Shown here piece by piece: positions 13,061 to 26,253 of a DNA stretch of 64,000 nt. The notes beneath the pieces are model-generated. The model ran no database searches. It saw nothing but the letters and a program-made list of their open reading frames with translations, and was not told the DNA's origin. How positions within the stretch are numbered: the first letter of the stretch is position 1; every line of letters begins with the position of its first letter. A program made the position numbers and the translations under genes. Source of the stretch: Iphione sp. A-MEVVRFRX5 (taxonomy: Eukaryota); contig OZ320319.1 in assembly GCA_976226885.1 (NCBI GenBank), positions 49,414,001 to 49,478,000 of the forward strand. The letters run 5' to 3'.

Positions 13061-14177
13061 CTCAGAGGAGTAGACAAAACAAGATTTTCCTTGGGTTCCA
13101 TCTACTTCATGCATATTTACCGTACACAAGTGAAATCAGTGAAAGACTGTACCATGTTAAAAAAAGGCGGTTTTTCTCAAGAGGCACCTGGCCTACACTG
13201 GGGAGAAACCAACTGCACATGCCACTCTCCATTAGGTCGGTTTCCTTACCTGCGGGAGAGTGTTGAATGCTACATGAGCCTTTAATGTGCATTGGTCTGT
13301 GTTTATCTTTTCCCCACAATCTTCTGCAACCTTACACACAGGGGCGTCCTCATTAGAGGTTGCTTGAGGTTGCGTAAAATGATGGGAAAACTGATGCAAA
13401 AAGGACGAATTTTATGTTAAAGGCTGCGAAAAATGGTAAAAATGATGATGTTAAAGGCCATGAAATAAGGCAAAAATGAAGAGAAAAAGTGTGGAAAAAG
13501 ACAGGTATGTGTGGAAATGTGCATATTTGGTGGCAATCACATTTTAAAGTGAAGAAATATGAAGAAATAGTAATGCATTGCTGTGTGGCTGTCCAGGTGT
13601 CCAAAGAGTTATCAGGGAGAGTCACATAATGACCACTACAGACCAAACGCACACCAATACACACACGCATATATGCATGTAAGGAGCACCCCACACTGGT
13701 AAGCATTGTTTCATAAAAATTAAACGGGAACAGACAGGAAACGGACAGGAATGCACATAGATACTCCCACAGGTATGGAAAATGGGCTTTAAATGGGGCC
13801 TACAAGTCTGAGGGTCTTACAGAGCTTTGGTTGAAAATGCTGATAAATACATGGCGGTAAGTTAGTTTTTTCCTGCACATTGAGAAGAAGGGACATTAGT
13901 TTGGAGAAAGTAGGGATTTGGTCATCTGGAACATCATAAAGTTTGTTGGCAGACACTTAATCACTGGAAGGAGAGATGAGGAAGTCGATCCTTCATTATG
14001 TGCATTGGTGTCCAGGTGCGCTAAGGTGCGTTGGTATGCATTTTTATCAAACAGGTTGAATTCAGTCAGGGGTGTTCCGTAAGTGTGGGAGCTGTCCAGA
14101 TGCAATGGGGTGTGTTGTGGTGTGATGTCCATTTTGGGGACATGTCTGATAATTTGACACACCTGCACATCAACGGA

Positions 14178-14412
14178 AGGAAATGCAAGCACTTTCCCCT
14201 GTCAAATTCGCCAATTCCACACATATTTGTTGCTTTGGATACTTTTTCCAGTCAAATTCACTAATTTGGTCGCGATCTCCATCACATTTGCCCGTTTTCA
14301 TACTATTTCCAGTCAAATTAACCAGATTTTGCCAGTATTCCCGTCAATTTTGCCAGTCTCATACTTTTTCCCATCAAATTTGCCAGTTTTCATACGTTTT
14401 CATACGTTTCTA
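14178..14412. repeat. Degenerate minisatellite built on CCAGTCAAATT / CATACTTTTT motifs
   Basis: Recurring catactttttccagtcaaatt..gccagttttcatac variants. Confidence 0.7.
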
Positions 14413-14792
14413 ATAACCACGCACTGCTCCGCAACACACACATGCACATCCAATGGACTCCCCTGTGCGTGAGGATCCGGAAAAAAGAAATGTATGGTGA
14501 TGGAACCAGACCAGACCCAGAGATGTAAACAGGGTCCCACAGGTAAGGAAACCGGGCCTAAAGGGGGGGGGGCAGTCAGAAGGGAATTCCCTTCCAGAAG
14601 TGAGGCGATCGAATCCATGAAAGAGAAAGACACATGACTCGTAAATGCTAGCAGATTTCAAATTATGCATTCTGACACTGAAAATCGGCTGCGAACAACG
14701 CAGATTTAACGGGAACCTCCATAATTCAGTGACCAATACCCCAGTCAATATACTCAGCCTCTGATGGACTTGCGTTACTCCTAATCTTTGAA

Positions 14793-14830
14793 GTATATGT
14801 ACACACACGCGTGCGCGCACGCGCGCGCGC
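14793..14830. repeat. 38-nt perfect purine-pyrimidine alternation (Z-DNA-prone)
   Basis: gtatatgtacacacacgcgtgcgcgcacgcgcgcgcgc. Confidence 0.8.
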
Positions 14831-15449
14831 TCAAACGTCAAGATCCCCAGCAAGCCACAAACCATAGAAAGTGATGGTCTTCTAACTGGTCCTGGATCGG
14901 AAAGACATCATCTGCAAAAGTCTCCCTGGTAGGGGAAGAGGTTTTCTACATAACGTGGGAGATTGACTCGTATGTAGTGGCAAACTTCTGCTCCAAGGAA
15001 AACGGGTTGCGCACCCACCGATGCTGACATCTGGCGCTCTGTGAACGAACCACTTACTGAGCGATCCGGAAGGCTGATAGGATACAGTGTATGTTGAATG
15101 GGTGCCAATGAAGCCCAAGAGCAAACACATGACCGAGTGTTTAAGAGGTCCTGAACAGAATTGTAAGGATGGAGGAGTTTGTGCGTGTGTCTTTGTGTGT
15201 ACATTTACATATAGCACAGTCTATACATAGGAACATACATAAATGCATGTAATCTGTAGAGATATTTTTATAATGACGCAAGAAAAGTGCTTAAGACCAT
15301 TCTGGTAGTCTAAATATGTACCCCTAATAATCTAAAAAAATATGTGATTATGCCAGTTTAAATGGCGCCTCAAGAAAAACGCAGATCAGCTCTACTGAAA
15401 CTAAATTCTTTTATGCTGAGCGAGCAGCTCACATGCTGTGTACTCGATG

Positions 15450-15990
15450 CCATTATTTTGTTTTCTCCCGCCTTTCCCAAACTCCTGCTGCCGGCGTTCA
15501 CTCATAACTCACTTTCTGCATCTACCGGTAGCTCAAACTCTCATCAGCTCACAACTGAACAGTTACCGTACCAACGACCGCCTTCCACTTGGGTGTTTTA
15601 TGAAGATGCTCGAGCAACCTCCCAGATGGAGGAACAGGCCCTATCAATTACTTAGTGGGCGGTTGCTGCTGTTTTGTAAACTACCTTCTCGTTACTGGAG
15701 CCCGTTATCATCGGGTACTCAGTGAGATGAAGTGGATGACGTGGTGTTCATACAAGGTCTGACGCGGGATGCACTAGAGAGTGGTGATCACGGCTATAAA
15801 ACGTCTGAGGGAAGCGTATATACCATCATGTGTATCGAATTGCTCCTATCAGGCGGTGTGCACGAAAAACTTGGCAACCTACCGGCAGTACACACGCTCA
15901 ACACATGCCCTCTGGTTTCGCAGTAATACATAAAATAAACCCGTACGAAGTGCACAGGTTGGTGACGGACGGCCAGCTCGACGCGGGTTT
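15450..15990 (+). mobile_element. Faint LINE (CR1/L2-like) reverse-transcriptase relic
   Basis: LISSQLNSYRTND (cf. QLxxYLxxN), VVFIQGLTRDALESGDH (cf. VFLDLxKAFDxVDH) and CIELLLSG (cf. WIxSYLS) in the expected order, with frameshifts. Confidence 0.27.
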
Positions 15991-17131
15991 AACGACCCGC
16001 GCGTCAGTCTGAGCGAGCTGGACCATTAGTCTCGAGTTACTTCTGGCCTAGAGGCGACAGGTGACCAGGTTGACTGGGCCTGGGCTTCAGGTGAGCCAGG
16101 AGATACGTTATGAAAGAGAAAGAGCCCGCCAAGGTCAGCAAGCCCTCCATCTACCTGCGATGATGCTTATTTCCGCCATTAAGGTAGCTACTCGTCCGAC
16201 ATGTTCAACTTGGTCGTTTATCTGAAACCTTTCCAACAACGATACCTAGCGCTGGTAGTTTAGGACATATTTTTTGTGTACCTGCAACGAATGGATCTCG
16301 TTATACACAGCACCTATTCGTCTTATGAATATGAACCCGTTCACAATTGCCGACAAGAGAGGTATGATCTATATACACGCGCGCCATATAAATCAGCAGA
16401 GCCAGTTGAAGTCAACGATCACCTCCAGATGTGAATGCAGATGCTTGCATGCTCTTTGGGTTTTCACTACCCACTCTCCTTTCGATAATTGCCTAACAGA
16501 AGAAACACGCAAAGAAAATCTCCCCTGATCTGTCTGCAAAATTTTCCATGCAGAACACATTAATACACAGTATATGTATACATATTTGCGTATTATTACG
16601 TTATTTCTTCCAGAGATATACGCTTAATGTTATTCATGTGTACAAATCTAGATCCATAACTGCACATCTGTTCTATTTGATCTGCAAATGCAAATACTGG
16701 AGCGCTGCCCAATTTTTCAACGCACAACGAGTATGGTGCGGAAATATGCACACATGAATATTTATGCAAAATTTCCAAGAGCTTATTTTGGGCTAGGAAT
16801 GTGTAGTGCAACTGCACAAAATGGTCACCGTCCAAATAGAGTGAATGTAGGGGACTCGCCTATATCGGATATTCTCCTCAGCGGTCAGCTCTACACTATG
16901 GTCAAATCCCTTTGGAACAGATTTTTCCCTTGTTAACACTTGTGTATACCTCTATCCGATGGTGACCTCTATTCATGGTCACAAACGTAGGGGCACCAAA
17001 GGTGACCGCTGGGGAGAGTCCCCTCCCGAAAGTGCGATATGCGTGGACCAAAATATGAAGACGTCGAAATGGAGGCTGTGGCTGCCTGTAGGCAAGTGTG
17101 TTTTAACGACCAGTCCGGTGCACTGGTACGC

Positions 17132-17190
17132 ACGAAATGTATACAGGGTGTACTTATTGTAAGCAAGCTGTCATGGCCGAAGGTAACCAG
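17132..17190 (+). mobile_element. Short LINE RT C-terminal fragment
   Basis: KCIQGVLIVSKLSW resembles KYLGVxIDSKLSW. Confidence 0.33.
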
Positions 17191-20100
17191 CACATTCCGT
17201 TTTTTTGTAGAACTTCCAGGAGTCTCTCAGTTAATTTCTGTATGTCACGACATTGGCCGTCCTTCAGCAGAATCTCCGCCTGATGCGTCTTTGAAGTGGT
17301 CGCCCATTTCGTGCTTCAGGTTCTCCTTCTGTGCCCCCGTGTCAATCTGCTGTCCTGAACCTGCCGCGTAGCCGTCAGTCGCTGCTCGCCTGCTGGCCCA
17401 GGTTTGATTAGAGATGCTTGCTGAGAGCGTGTCCCTGCTCCTCCTCCTCTGTGCTGAGGATGAGACGCCAGAATACCCAAGGCTTGACCTCCGCTCGCAC
17501 TTTGAACTGGGGTCTCAGATATGCGCGGCACAACGAATTCTAGATATCCAAAGCCTTTGTTAATTTGCTGACCACTCTGGGTGTGAATATCATTTACGCT
17601 TGTCATCCTCTTCATATTATTCTACTCCCTGACCGTTTGGATAATTGAAGTATCAGGTCTGTTAGTTTTACCTTGTTAATCCCGAAATGAATCTTAGGCG
17701 AGCCTATTATAAAGATTGGTGTCACGGGATAATTAACGTACATGTATATATTATCATGGAAAAAGCATTTTACGGAGTTTCGTATTTTGACCGAACATTA
17801 CAACCGTCACTTCGCTATTTACATCTGGCCTTCCTCAAGCTTGCCATGTGCAAATTTCCCAGTACAAATGGACAGAACAATCACGAGGTAACGGACTACG
17901 TTTTTTTAGTATATAGCCTTACCCGTTTCGAGATCACGTCATTGGTTCCAGGCCCAAGTGACAGGGAACCATAGGGGTGCTGCTGAGCATCTGCTCAGAC
18001 CTTGTGGACAGAATATCTTTACTTTTTCTTGTTGTAGGATCATGATCTCCACTAAAAATAGGAAATACTGTTGATTTCAGGTTGTTTTAACTGTGCTGAT
18101 CCATTACACCATTGAAAGTACAAGGTATAAAAAAATGCCTCTCACCGAAAATTGTAACGACATGAAACCCTGCAGTTATGATTTTAAAAGGGGCTTGGTG
18201 CTGCAACAGGATCTTCTATGAGAAAACTATCACCACGAAACCCCTATGACCTTGTCTATGTCAAATAACTTATGCATGCCTGACCATCTCATAGAAACCC
18301 AGATAGCCAAGGAATGTTGGAGGCCAACTTATCACATGGTGCAGTGCGAATGGGAAAACGTAATTACGATGCTATTGGCATATGGGCCTTTCGTGACATG
18401 CACATGTCGGTTTTACTCGAGAAAAAACCGACAACAGCATGCTGTTAGAATCTTCTATGGTTTGTTCATCTTCGGCTTCTGACAAGCAATTGGCTAGCTG
18501 CCTGACAAATAAAGCTCGGCATCTAAACGTTATATTTCAAAATGTCGGTTCATGGTGGTAATGGTTATTCGGATTACCAGAACTGTGAGATGATATCCTT
18601 TCCATTGCTGTAATAGAAAACAATGACTACAGCAGAGATTCCATTCCGTTATACATACATATATGTCATAAATATCACAACCAAGGAAATGGGGTACAAC
18701 AGACTCCTTTAATGAGGAAAATTTTAAATCTCGATACAATATGTCGTTAGAGAACGATGATGTGTAGTTGGTTATTATGATGCACGTTAATAAACAGACA
18801 ATAGTTGCATTTTACTATATACATTAGTATAATTCTTTACATCCCTCATATATGCATACATTTTTATATTGTGGCTGCTCTTTACAGCAATAATTATCAA
18901 TAAAAGTACCCTCTCCTCTGAGGAAAGACACTCTACATCACCTACTTGGGAATCGCTGAACCCCATTGACTGTTAAAGAAGACACCTTTGTCTTCCGTCT
19001 TCCGTCTTGAGATAATGCTACCCGGGTTTGGAAGTAACAAGGGTCAAAAGTACAGTCTGCTGCACCAGCCCCCTGCATAAAATCATCTAGCAAGACCCTG
19101 TACCTTTACTTACTTGCTACTCCCTTTGTGCCAATCTCGTGTTCCTTCATGACACTGCTGATATGCTAGTTGTGCTCAGGGAGCAATGCACGGACGTCTT
19201 CTCTCCATACATTATTCAGGTGCAGTGTGTTTCATGCAGTACTATGACATGACTTATTTTCTGGCTTCCACACGGTCCTGGAAGGGAGCAAGTGAGGCCT
19301 TCCCAACAGCTCAATCAAGTATGACCACATTACCCCCACCAGAGTGATTTGTGGCTTTTGAGCATGTCTTCCTTAAACTTTCGCTTCTCCCCCCCCCCAT
19401 AGAACTCTGGTAATGCAAACTCTGTTTAGAGTTATGGTAATGTGAACCTTCCCCTCCTGTCAAAGTGATTCAGCTCCCCCCACGCTCTACCTCGACAGAG
19501 TCGAATGCAGCCTCAGTTGGGTGCTACGGTTATGCCGTAATGGGCCGCACGCCATCATGCAATGAAGCTCAAGCAACTGTTATCAGCTGGACAACCTATG
19601 TTCTAACCTCTGGCCAAGATGTGCGTTCCTTAGCATGTTGTCAGTTTCCCCTTTACCAACGACTGTAAACAGGCCCAGTAAGTTATAGGGATATAAAAGG
19701 TGTACATTGTATTTATTAAATACTTTGCCGAGACATTAATTAACTGGATCTCGTGGGGGACTCTCCTAACGACGACATATTGAGTAAAGTGCTGGCTAGG
19801 AGGAAGCGTGACCTAAGGCTTACATCCTAGATCCCTGTGAGGAGGCACCACCTATGTCCTATGATTGCCGAATAGCATGTGGGAGAGGGGCAACTGCGAA
19901 CAGCTGCAGAAGCCCCTTCTATCGCCGACATAGTGCTACCTGATTTGTTCAACTCTTCCTTAATGGTGGGAAAGGAGAGAATAAATTGATGACAGGCGGT
20001 TAAGACGATGGTACATTCTGGGAAGGAGCAGCTCTAAACACGAGAGAGTACTAGCTCACGCACTGGTATAATGGTTCCGAGACCAACGAGACCTTTGATG

Positions 20101-21039
20101 TCTTTTACTAATAAATATTTGGGCATATCGCAGCACGTTACAAAAATGTACAGAATCCAAACGGTCAATAGCTGGCTTTGTAACTGTGTGTGTTCATTAC
20201 CCTCTATAAATGATTACTCTCTAACGAGCACATGATAATCAACCTGACGGTTTCCACACATGCTCGTACATTCCAGCATTTTGGTACATGTGTATCACCA
20301 TGCATGACTGCATTGTTCGTTTTCGAGCATTACTTCTTAGTTTAACATAGTCACATACTCACGAACCCTAGGGCAAAAAATATATAAAAAATATAATAAC
20401 CATGTGGAAAACTACTAGTGATGAATATCCACAACTGACCAAGTGAACCGTTCCTAATCTTCTCGCATCGCCGACAAGTCAGTCTATAATTCTACAGTTA
20501 CTTATAAGAATTCCAGACTCTCACCGGTAGAAAAATGAGCGAATACCTTTGTAATCGCAGCCGAGTTCATTTTATGGCTACACGCAAAAGAAAACGAACG
20601 ATTAATCCTTCGAGGTGACGATACAATAGATTCCATAGCTACTATCTTCTAAGACTTGATCTAAAATGGTTGTGTACTGCTCGACGCACTGCAACCTCTG
20701 CAACGGTTCGACACACACGTTCTCGCCATCAATGTTAGATCCGCTATTTTTAGATCCGCTATTTTTACTGTCATTTTATCCGATGCAAAACTGCGGAGGT
20801 GAAAACGAAAAGAAAAGAAGCACAATGGAGAGGTGATTACGTGCAAAGAAAGTCTACGATGATGGAAATTGTAGCTTCCACATTCGTTTACGGAAGGGCA
20901 GTGTGTAGTAAAAGGAAAGGGGGCGTTAAGACGCTTTCTTCGGTTGTCCGTCTATATAGATTGAATAATATGATATGGAAACGCGGCGACCACATCAACG
21001 TCCGGGATGGATGAGGAGAGGAACAAAAGCGCACACTCC

Positions 21040-21240
21040 ATCTTTCCGGGCGAACTGCGTCCACGGTGTATAGGCATGCTTCAGACAGGAAATACGGGCG
21101 CCGCCATGCAGCACGAGGCGCAGCCCTGTCCGGACAGGTTTGCGTCTCCTGTCCACCTGAGCGTGGAGCGCCTGCAAGGGACTAACCAGGTCATCTACCC
21201 GCGCGCCGGGGCGACCTGCGCGCCAAAGCCATTATCTTCA
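21040..21240 (+). mobile_element. Possible Tc1/mariner transposase N-terminal (HTH) relic
   Basis: LRPRCIGMLQTG resembles ERERAIGMLQAG; ERLQGT..PRAG resembles RFQQTG..RPRSG. No DDE domain or TIRs seen. Confidence 0.22.
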
Positions 21241-22258
21241 TGCATCTTCAGCCATCGATTAGAAAGCGCCATCAATCACACGCCGTGCTCTCTTGTTATG
21301 CTTAGCGTGACGTTAAGTCGTGATGAATGGACCTCTTGCTTCATCCCACATTAAAGTGTTTGATATTCATGACAATCCGACGCAATCTTCCCGTCTTTAG
21401 TCCGTCACCTTGATGAATCAGCCTCCTCCTTTGAAGGAGAAGACCTTTTTCGAGGCTATATATCCACTCCGTGTAATCAGGCTTCGCACGGCCTTTACTG
21501 GTGCTGAGGCCAGCGTATTATAACTAAACTACCCTGAAAAGGCGTAAGGCTTTCCGATAGCATAGTTGCTACTTGAATTTTCAGTATGAGCGACGATCAT
21601 CGGGCGCTGACCTCCGAGAAATTGCCCGAAGGTCGTAGAACGTACAGTTGATACACAAAGACTTATAAATGCCAACGTTCCGATCTGAATAGCTGTTTGA
21701 AGTAGGGCCACAACCACCGAAAGGCACAAGACTAGAGATGTGCTCGTAGGGAGACCATGAGCTACTCAACTATCGGGGGTTGGCCTTCCTGTTTGCGGAC
21801 ACCTGAGGCATAACGGTTCATCAATAGATCTCTGCTGCCGATCAAGGCTATCTGCTTTATGCTCATTGCTGGATAAGAAGCAAAAGACAAAGAACCAAGC
21901 CACTCGATGAGGCAAAAAAAAGGAAAAATATGTATCAGATCTGGTTGGCAAAGATTTTGCACATCTGGGGTTCCAATCGGTCTCAAATAAATCACTTGCT
22001 AATGCACTGCGCCGGCAAGGAGCGTGTCTGGTTTGCAGTATACGACCAGACCCGTTCTTGATCTTTAAATAGAAATCGGTTTGTACTAGAGAGGTTCGGG
22101 GAACTTACAACCGTATTATTCGACTACTCATTCTACCATCTCATCTTGAAGCAGCCAAAATTACGTTCCACGAAACTGATTTGGTATGAATCTAGTTGCA
22201 ACCTTGATTGCACGCAAATGACCGCTTCACTATTGCAAGCAGGACTGAATTGAGCTTG

Positions 22259-22274
22259 ACTGCCCTCTAGTGCA
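22259..22274 (-). promoter_or_regulatory. CTCF-like binding motif
   Basis: Minus strand TGCACTAGAGGGCAGT, 13/14 match to the core consensus. Confidence 0.33.
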
Positions 22275-24189
22275 ATACTTAAGACGGAGGTACTGACTTT
22301 TCATTCCCTTAACAACCATACCTAATTGTAGCAAATGTAACTTATAAATACATGTACGTGTGTCCAGGGGTAAAGATGTCTAAAGCGGAATCAGATATCT
22401 AATCATATCTCTTTCAATGCCGTCCACTGTAATTTGTATAGAAGATGTACAACGTATGCATACACACGTGTGCACCGTAGGGGTGCTTGAATAAACATGT
22501 ACAGTCAACTCGCATTCTAAAACCAGCTCGCAGGGGAGACCAGATTGCAACAGAAACCAGACTTTATATATAAGGACTTTTTTTATTTTCTTTATTCTGG
22601 ATATCCGACCTAATTTGGGTAACACAAAGCAGTTCTTGCCTCTACTTGGTACATGAAAAGTGGGAGTAATGTAATGGCTGGTATTTGACATTTGTAGTGG
22701 CACCAGTATGGAGCCAGTAAAGATAACCTACCGCTGGTGATGTATCATGTCTCGCTAGGGAGAGCAGGTGATGAAGCACCTTTAATCTGGGCCGTTAACT
22801 GGAACGCTAAATTCTAGGCGGACGTTGAGTTCATCAGGTTCTAGGAAACACAATAAAACTCCGATTGAATCAAACAGAGGCTCCTTCAAAAAGCGCCAGT
22901 ATATAGATACATGTATTATTCGCCAAAATGAACCCTCTCTCCTACATTCATGTGTCGTGTGTGCGTGTTTGTGATAGAGAGGGATAGAGGGGTGGGGGAG
23001 AGAGGGGGAGAGATAACATGCGAGTGATTGGGAGCGAGATAATATACTTCTTATGGATTTCCCTTTCTGGGGAGGAGGGTGTTGGATCGTCCCAGGCTCT
23101 TTGTATATCGTATCTCATTTATCCTGATTATGTACTGCTATTCCTCACTGAATATAAATAAATACAGAAAAGAACACCATCATAATGACAGCGTCTAATG
23201 ATACGCTTGTCAACGTGTTGGTGTTTTGCAGCCCCCATAGCAGATGGCCATCACCCCTGCTACCTCTGGCAATGAAAGATTCACCCTACTCCAGTCTCCC
23301 ATAATAAGCTTGTATTTCACTCATGACCCGTATGACGTCTACAAGTCCCTGGGACCGTTGCAGTATGTTATGATCCTCTCCTCACTGATTCCCACTATAT
23401 TCTATATTTTATCTTAATCCGATTTCTGTTGCTGTCCTCTTAGCCCTGACCCCAGATGGACAGGTTTTAGAAAAAAGACTATAAATTCAACATATGGCAC
23501 TTAATGAGAAATGAAGATTCAACATATGGCACTTTATGAGAAATGAACACTACTTCATACAACAGCTCTGTCTGGATTAGGTTTATTGGACTATGGTCTC
23601 ATTTGGAAAACATAGTTTTTATAGTAAACCCAAAACGCATGATAAATGCTATTAACACATATGGATCCGCTAACTATTACCTACAAAATCTTCACTGCAA
23701 TATCACAGATGCATCGGATATTACCTTTATACTGCAGCTCAAAATATCGTTTAACCTATTCCAGGCAGCCCCCTATCGGACCGAGACGTAATGTGATGGC
23801 TAGCGTGTAATACTACCGCATCTCTGTACAGATTTACTGTTGCGTCATGCAAATCGCAGAGCGTCACTGGACTGGATATTTATATAAAATTGGAACAATT
23901 TTGGGTATGACATCTGTAGACATTGTGGATTATTTAAACTGGAGGAAATACTGATTTCATCTTGGTATTGATATAGGTGGAATTATTTGTATTTATTGTA
24001 CATTCTGGATTATTACTGAATGGATAATGTATTACGTAATGGAATATGCATGTGGATTTATATGAATTTATATTAATTAAATGGGAAATACTTGTCATCA
24101 GAGGATATCAATTATATTAGTCAAATCAGATGAAATTACTTATTTGAGCTTACATCTATGGTAGTCCTGTGGATATATTTGTTTAGTCG

Positions 24190-25902
24190 AGATGGCCTTG
24201 GGGTTGGCAGAGGTTTTTCAATAGTACCATTACCATGGGCTAACATAGAATGAATCAGTTTCACTGTGAAATCAAAGAGAGACATTTTTTTGGTGACACT
24301 GATTTACACAGGATATATGCATTGAGTTTCATCATTTCCAATGCAAAACAAAGAGTTTCTTGGTCCACTTCTGTGACTTTCTCCCAAAACAATAATATTG
24401 ATACATTTGGTCTGTTAAATCAATGGCACCCATTTTTTTTTTACTGTATTCAACTATCTCCTGGGGACATGGTATTTCTCTCCTACAGAACTTGCCACTG
24501 ACTTCATCTTTCATTGTTAGCTTTACACTGGAGAGCATTGAACCGTGTATACTAGATAATACCTGGACAATTCTTCTATCTTTCCCTACTGTGAGGAGTA
24601 AATTCATACATTTTGAGAAAATTACCTGACCTCTCTGCTTCATCTCAGAGTGCTTTTTTACCATAAGGCTTCTTGGGAGGTCTTTCCTATTCAGGCACCG
24701 AATCCCACAACAATAGGTTTTTAAAGCGGCCAACTGCTCAAACATATGTACTGTGCTATAATAATTGTCCATATATAACCTGTGGCATTTTCCTAAGACA
24801 TCTGCAGACCTCAATAATCTAAGCACTATATTCTCCTATAATTTCATACCTCCTTGATCTTCTCATCCGAAATATGGTATAATCTGCATGACATAACCAG
24901 TAACACTCTCTCCAAGCACAAAACACTTCAAACCCCACCGAGTGGGCTTCTTTGGCATATATTGTACATGACTACAGTGCCCTTTGTGTTTCACCATTGA
25001 TTTATCAGTTGCCAAATCAGCTATAGGCTTATAGACAGAGGTAGCAGTCTTATTGAAAAAATAAAAAATCCATTTCACCTTGCCAACTGTCTAGGTGCCC
25101 CTGCTTGGTGATTGTGTACATCTGCATCGTCAGAGATGTCATCCCTAAAATTGACATATCTATAAAGAAAAACAAATATCCATATGTAATATCACTCTGA
25201 CACTATTTTGCAGGCGTAAATTACATACATTTAATTCAGAGTGTGATTTTGATACCCAAAAAATATTTAAAATATAATATTTACTAAATAAACCATAATT
25301 ACCTCAGAATTGCCATGAATCAATCCCTTGTCATCACACGGTTGAAAACTGGGGTGGCCAATTCAATCAGCAGAGACCAGTACGATTTGATATTTGGCTT
25401 CTGTATCACTCCCATGAGGATAGTCAGTCCTAGGAAATTGAAGAATTCATCTGATTTCACGTTCCACCACTGTTTCTTGTGCTTTCCTGGGTTCACAGCC
25501 CACAGTATGCTCTTCTGCATACTTGTCTGTGTGCTTGACTATATCCCCTACGAAGGCCATCATCTTGAATAGGCTGATGAAATCCATTGGGCTCTTAGTC
25601 TTGTTCAAATCCACATTGTCCTGAATTCCAGTTCCAGTTTCATCAAAATCAGTAATAGGAGGTGTTTTCTGTATTTCCTTGTCAATTCGGACCCATTTTC
25701 TTTCAGTTGGGGTGGTGCTTCTTGCTGGAGCCTTGTCTTTTGACATTGGATTGTCTTCATCGTGAGTGTCCACCCAGGAGGAGGAATCATCTTCATCATC
25801 ATTGTTGCCCACATTCCTTTCCAGTCGGTCCAAAATTTGTATAGTCTCCAGAGGTAATTTCTCTTCCCATTCCCCATCGCTACTGCTGAATCTGTCTTCC
25901 AT
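24190..25902 (-). pseudogene. piggyBac (DDD, PGBD-like) transposase pseudogene
   Basis: Ordered motifs: acidic N-terminus, IVKHTDKYA, FLGLTILMG..KPNIKSYWS, RVMTRD*FMAILR|YVNFRDD, TDKSMVKHKG..QYMPKKPTRWGLK..TGYV, LYMDNYYS, MGAIDLTDQ, RKSQKWTKKLF, then (after a frameshift) LNAYIL. Catalytic Asp codons at 25004-25006, 24767-24769 and 24419-24421. In-frame stops at 25320-25322, 24863-24865 and 24836-24838 plus several frameshifts. Confidence 0.92.
25160..25302 (-). other. 143-bp GT-AG spliceosomal intron inside the piggyBac transposase
   Basis: Minus strand: ATTCTGAG|gtaatt ... ttttctttatag|ATATGTCAAT. Splicing gives ILR-YVNFRDD, matching the family motif ILRFLHFxDN in frame. The intervening sequence is AT-rich and non-coding. 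Confidence 0.75.
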
Positions 25903-26148
25903 AATAAGCTTGAAATCAGATTTTTCCTAGACCTTTTTCCCAAACCTTATGTGCAGCCTGCTATGTCTACAGAATGGCTGCAATCCAATAAGATAATAAA
26001 GTATCATATGTTCATTTCACCCTTAGAGACCCATAGCAACAGAATTATCCCAGTGAAATAAATTAATTTTCGCATGAATCCTGTAAAAACTGATTAAATA
26101 GCATCATTTTGAATGAAAATCTATTAACATTTATGAATATACACCAAA

Positions 26149-26253
26149 TGATGCCTACAGGCATCATTCATCCTCCCCATGGTGATGCCTATAGGCATCA
26201 CCCGTCCCCTCCATGGTAATGCCTCTGGGCATCACTCACCCCCATTGGGTTAA
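26149..26253. repeat. Three tandem 34-bp units with palindromic core TGATGCCTATAGGCATCA, abutting the terminal GGG|TTAA
   Basis: Cores start at 26149, 26183 and 26217 (period exactly 34 bp). The middle copy is a perfect 22-bp palindrome GGTGATGCCTATAGGCATCACC at 26181-26202. Confidence 0.88.

Larger units (their letters stand above)
24180..26253 (-). mobile_element. Decayed piggyBac-superfamily DNA transposon; one terminus (TTAA + CCC) recognisable, the other not found
   Basis: Transposase motifs in correct order on the minus strand; terminus reads TTAA|CCCAATGG on minus (plus-strand TTAA at 26250-26253) with subterminal repeats. The lower boundary is approximate. Confidence 0.88.

Noticed and set aside
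14410-14865. 151-aa minus-strand ORF
   Set aside because: Begins in a CG/CA repeat and has no recognisable domain; consistent with chance.
19890-19980. IADIVLPDLFNSSL as a LINE pre-RT motif
   Set aside because: Spacing to the upstream motif is wrong and WKxA does not follow.
23751-23775. TTAACCTATTCCAGGCAG as the second piggyBac terminus
   Set aside because: It has TTAA+CC but matches CCCAATGGGGGTG poorly and lacks the palindromic repeat; left unassigned.
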